From a virus (lineage: Duplodnaviria; Heunggongvirae; Uroviricota; Caudoviricetes), in the IMG/VR virus record IMGVR_UViG_2778261641_000012, positions 1 through 8,278 of that record: a stretch of 8,278 bases of DNA; one strand, 5' to 3'. A program made the translations under genes and the position numbers. How positions within the stretch are numbered: the stretch's first letter is position 1; every line of letters starts with the position of its first letter. Positions 7,247-8,278 of this stretch are shown in pieces. Under the pieces are notes generated by a model. That model searched no databases and was not told the DNA's origin. It was given only the letters and a program-made list of their open reading frames with translations.

Positions 7247-8278
7247 ATGGCAGTACGAAAACTCACCACAGGGAAATGGCTTTGCGAATGTTACCCCGCC
7301 GGAAGAAGTGGGCGTCGTGTGCGTAAACAATTCGCCACCAAAGGCGAAGCTCTGGCTTTTGAGCGTCACACGATGGAAGAAACCGAATCAAAGCCCTGGC
7401 TGGGCGAATCAGTGGATCGTCGAACCCTGAAAGACGTGGTTGAGCTATGGTTCAAATTACATGGTAAATCTCTGACTGCTGGGCAGCATGTCTATGACAA
7501 ATTGCTGCTGATGGTTGACGCTCTAGGCAATCCTCTTGCAACCAATCTCACCTCTAAAATGTTTGCCCACTATCGAGATAAACGCCTGACAGGTGAGATC
7601 TACTTCAGCGAGAAATGGAAGAAAGGAGCCAGCCCGGTCACCATTAACCTGGAGCAAAGCTATCTAAGTAGTGTTTTTAGCGAACTATCCCGCCTGGGCG
7701 AATGGTCGTATCCAAACCCACTGGAGAACATGCGAAAATTCACCATCGCAGAAAAAGAGATGGCATGGCTTACCCATGAGCAGATTGTTGAATTGCTGGC
7801 TGATTGCAAACGTCAGGACCCAATTCTGGCACTGGTAGTTAAGATATGCTTAAGCACAGGCGCACGTTGGCGTGAAGCCGTAAATCTTACCCGCTCACAG
7901 GTGACCAAATACCGAATTACCTTTGTAAGAACGAAGGGGAAGAAAAACAGAAGCATCCCTATCAGTAAAGAGCTTTACGAAGAGATCATGGCGCTTGATG
8001 GGTTCAATTTCTTTACAGACTGCTATTTTCAATTTTTATCCGTGATGGAAAAAACGTCTATCGTGCTCCCTCGCGGTCAACTGACACACGTTCTGCGCCA
8101 TACGTTTGCGGCGCACTTCATGATGTCGGGTGGAAATATCCTGGCCTTACAAAAAATTCTCGGGCATCACGATATAAAAATGACTATGCGTTACGCACAT
8201 CTGGCACCGGATCACCTGGAAACTGCATTACGGTTTAATCCGCTGGCAACACTACCAACATCAATAGCAAGTTTTTGA
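7247..8278 (+). CDS. int: Tyrosine site-specific integrase, P2 Int family (343 aa from ATG 7247; the track ORF from 7091 is an unsupported N-terminal extension)
   Basis: It has the conserved blocks LSTGARWREA, HVLRHTFAAHFMMSGGNILALQKILGH and MRYAHLAP (catalytic Tyr), which align with P2 Int (GARWGEA, LRHSFATHFM, LQRILGH, MVYAHFAP) as I recall it. A good SD precedes 7247. The stop codon is at 8276-8278, so the gene is complete in the window. Confidence 0.9.
   Translation: MAVRKLTTGKWLCECYPAGRSGRRVRKQFATKGEALAFERHTMEETESKPWLGESVDRRTLKDVVELWFKLHGKSLTAGQHVYDKLLLMVDALGNPLATNLTSKMFAHYRDKRLTGEIYFSEKWKKGASPVTINLEQSYLSSVFSELSRLGEWSYPNPLENMRKFTIAEKEMAWLTHEQIVELLADCKRQDPILALVVKICLSTGARWREAVNLTRSQVTKYRITFVRTKGKKNRSIPISKELYEEIMALDGFNFFTDCYFQFLSVMEKTSIVLPRGQLTHVLRHTFAAHFMMSGGNILALQKILGHHDIKMTMRYAHLAPDHLETALRFNPLATLPTSIASF

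Larger units (their letters stand above)
2780..8278. mobile_element. Degenerate P2/186-family (Peduovirus-like) prophage remnant. Left boundary is approximate, somewhere in 2621-2855, and the element continues past the window end (attL not in window).
   Basis: Gene content and order are int, cI, apl-like, cII'::T', U, D, ogr, with the P2-type arrangement of the late-gene end D-ogr next to one att and int next to the other. All intervening replication, capsid, lysis and most tail genes are absent. Confidence 0.8.

Noticed and set aside
7091-7430. ORF-track int start at 7091 (52-codon N-terminal extension) and overlapping ORFs 7155-7430(+) and 7187-7369(-)
   Set aside because: The extension has no counterpart in P2-family integrases and would overlap the predicted int promoter. 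The ATG at 7247 has a proper SD and aligns with the integrase N-terminus. The two other ORFs are alternate-frame artefacts.
2780-8278. Anti-phage defence island at a P2 hotspot (old/tin or Z/fun positions), CRISPR array, toxin-antitoxin pair
   Set aside because: The regions that host these hotspots in P2-like phages (between the replication gene and cos, and between G and FI) are deleted in this remnant. No direct-repeat arrays or recognisable defence or toxin-antitoxin gene pairs are present in the window.

Overview
The window has two parts. Positions 1-2620 are conserved enterobacterial core genes that I recognise as the E. coli-type grxA / ybjM / ybjL cluster (glutaredoxin 1, a small inner-membrane protein, and the 561-aa YbjL transporter). 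From about 2.7 kb to the window end lies a compact, heavily deleted P2/186-family prophage remnant. On the minus strand it carries ogr (late activator), tail genes D and U, and a chimeric ORF whose N-terminus looks like a CII-type early regulator and whose remainder looks like the C-terminal part of the tape-measure protein T. On the plus strand it carries a 186-type CI repressor facing a divergent Apl/Cox-like gene, then a small cysteine-rich exported-peptide gene, then a tyrosine integrase that ends exactly at the window edge. I found no rRNA, tRNA, CRISPR array or recognisable canonical defence system. The most noteworthy items are the in-frame regulator::tape-measure fusion that marks a large internal deletion, the small secreted peptide gene sitting in the lysogenic operon, and an apparently intact immunity switch with phased repeat motifs retained in a remnant of about 5.5 kb. 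All family assignments rest on my recollection of protein sequences and on gene order; no database search was run.
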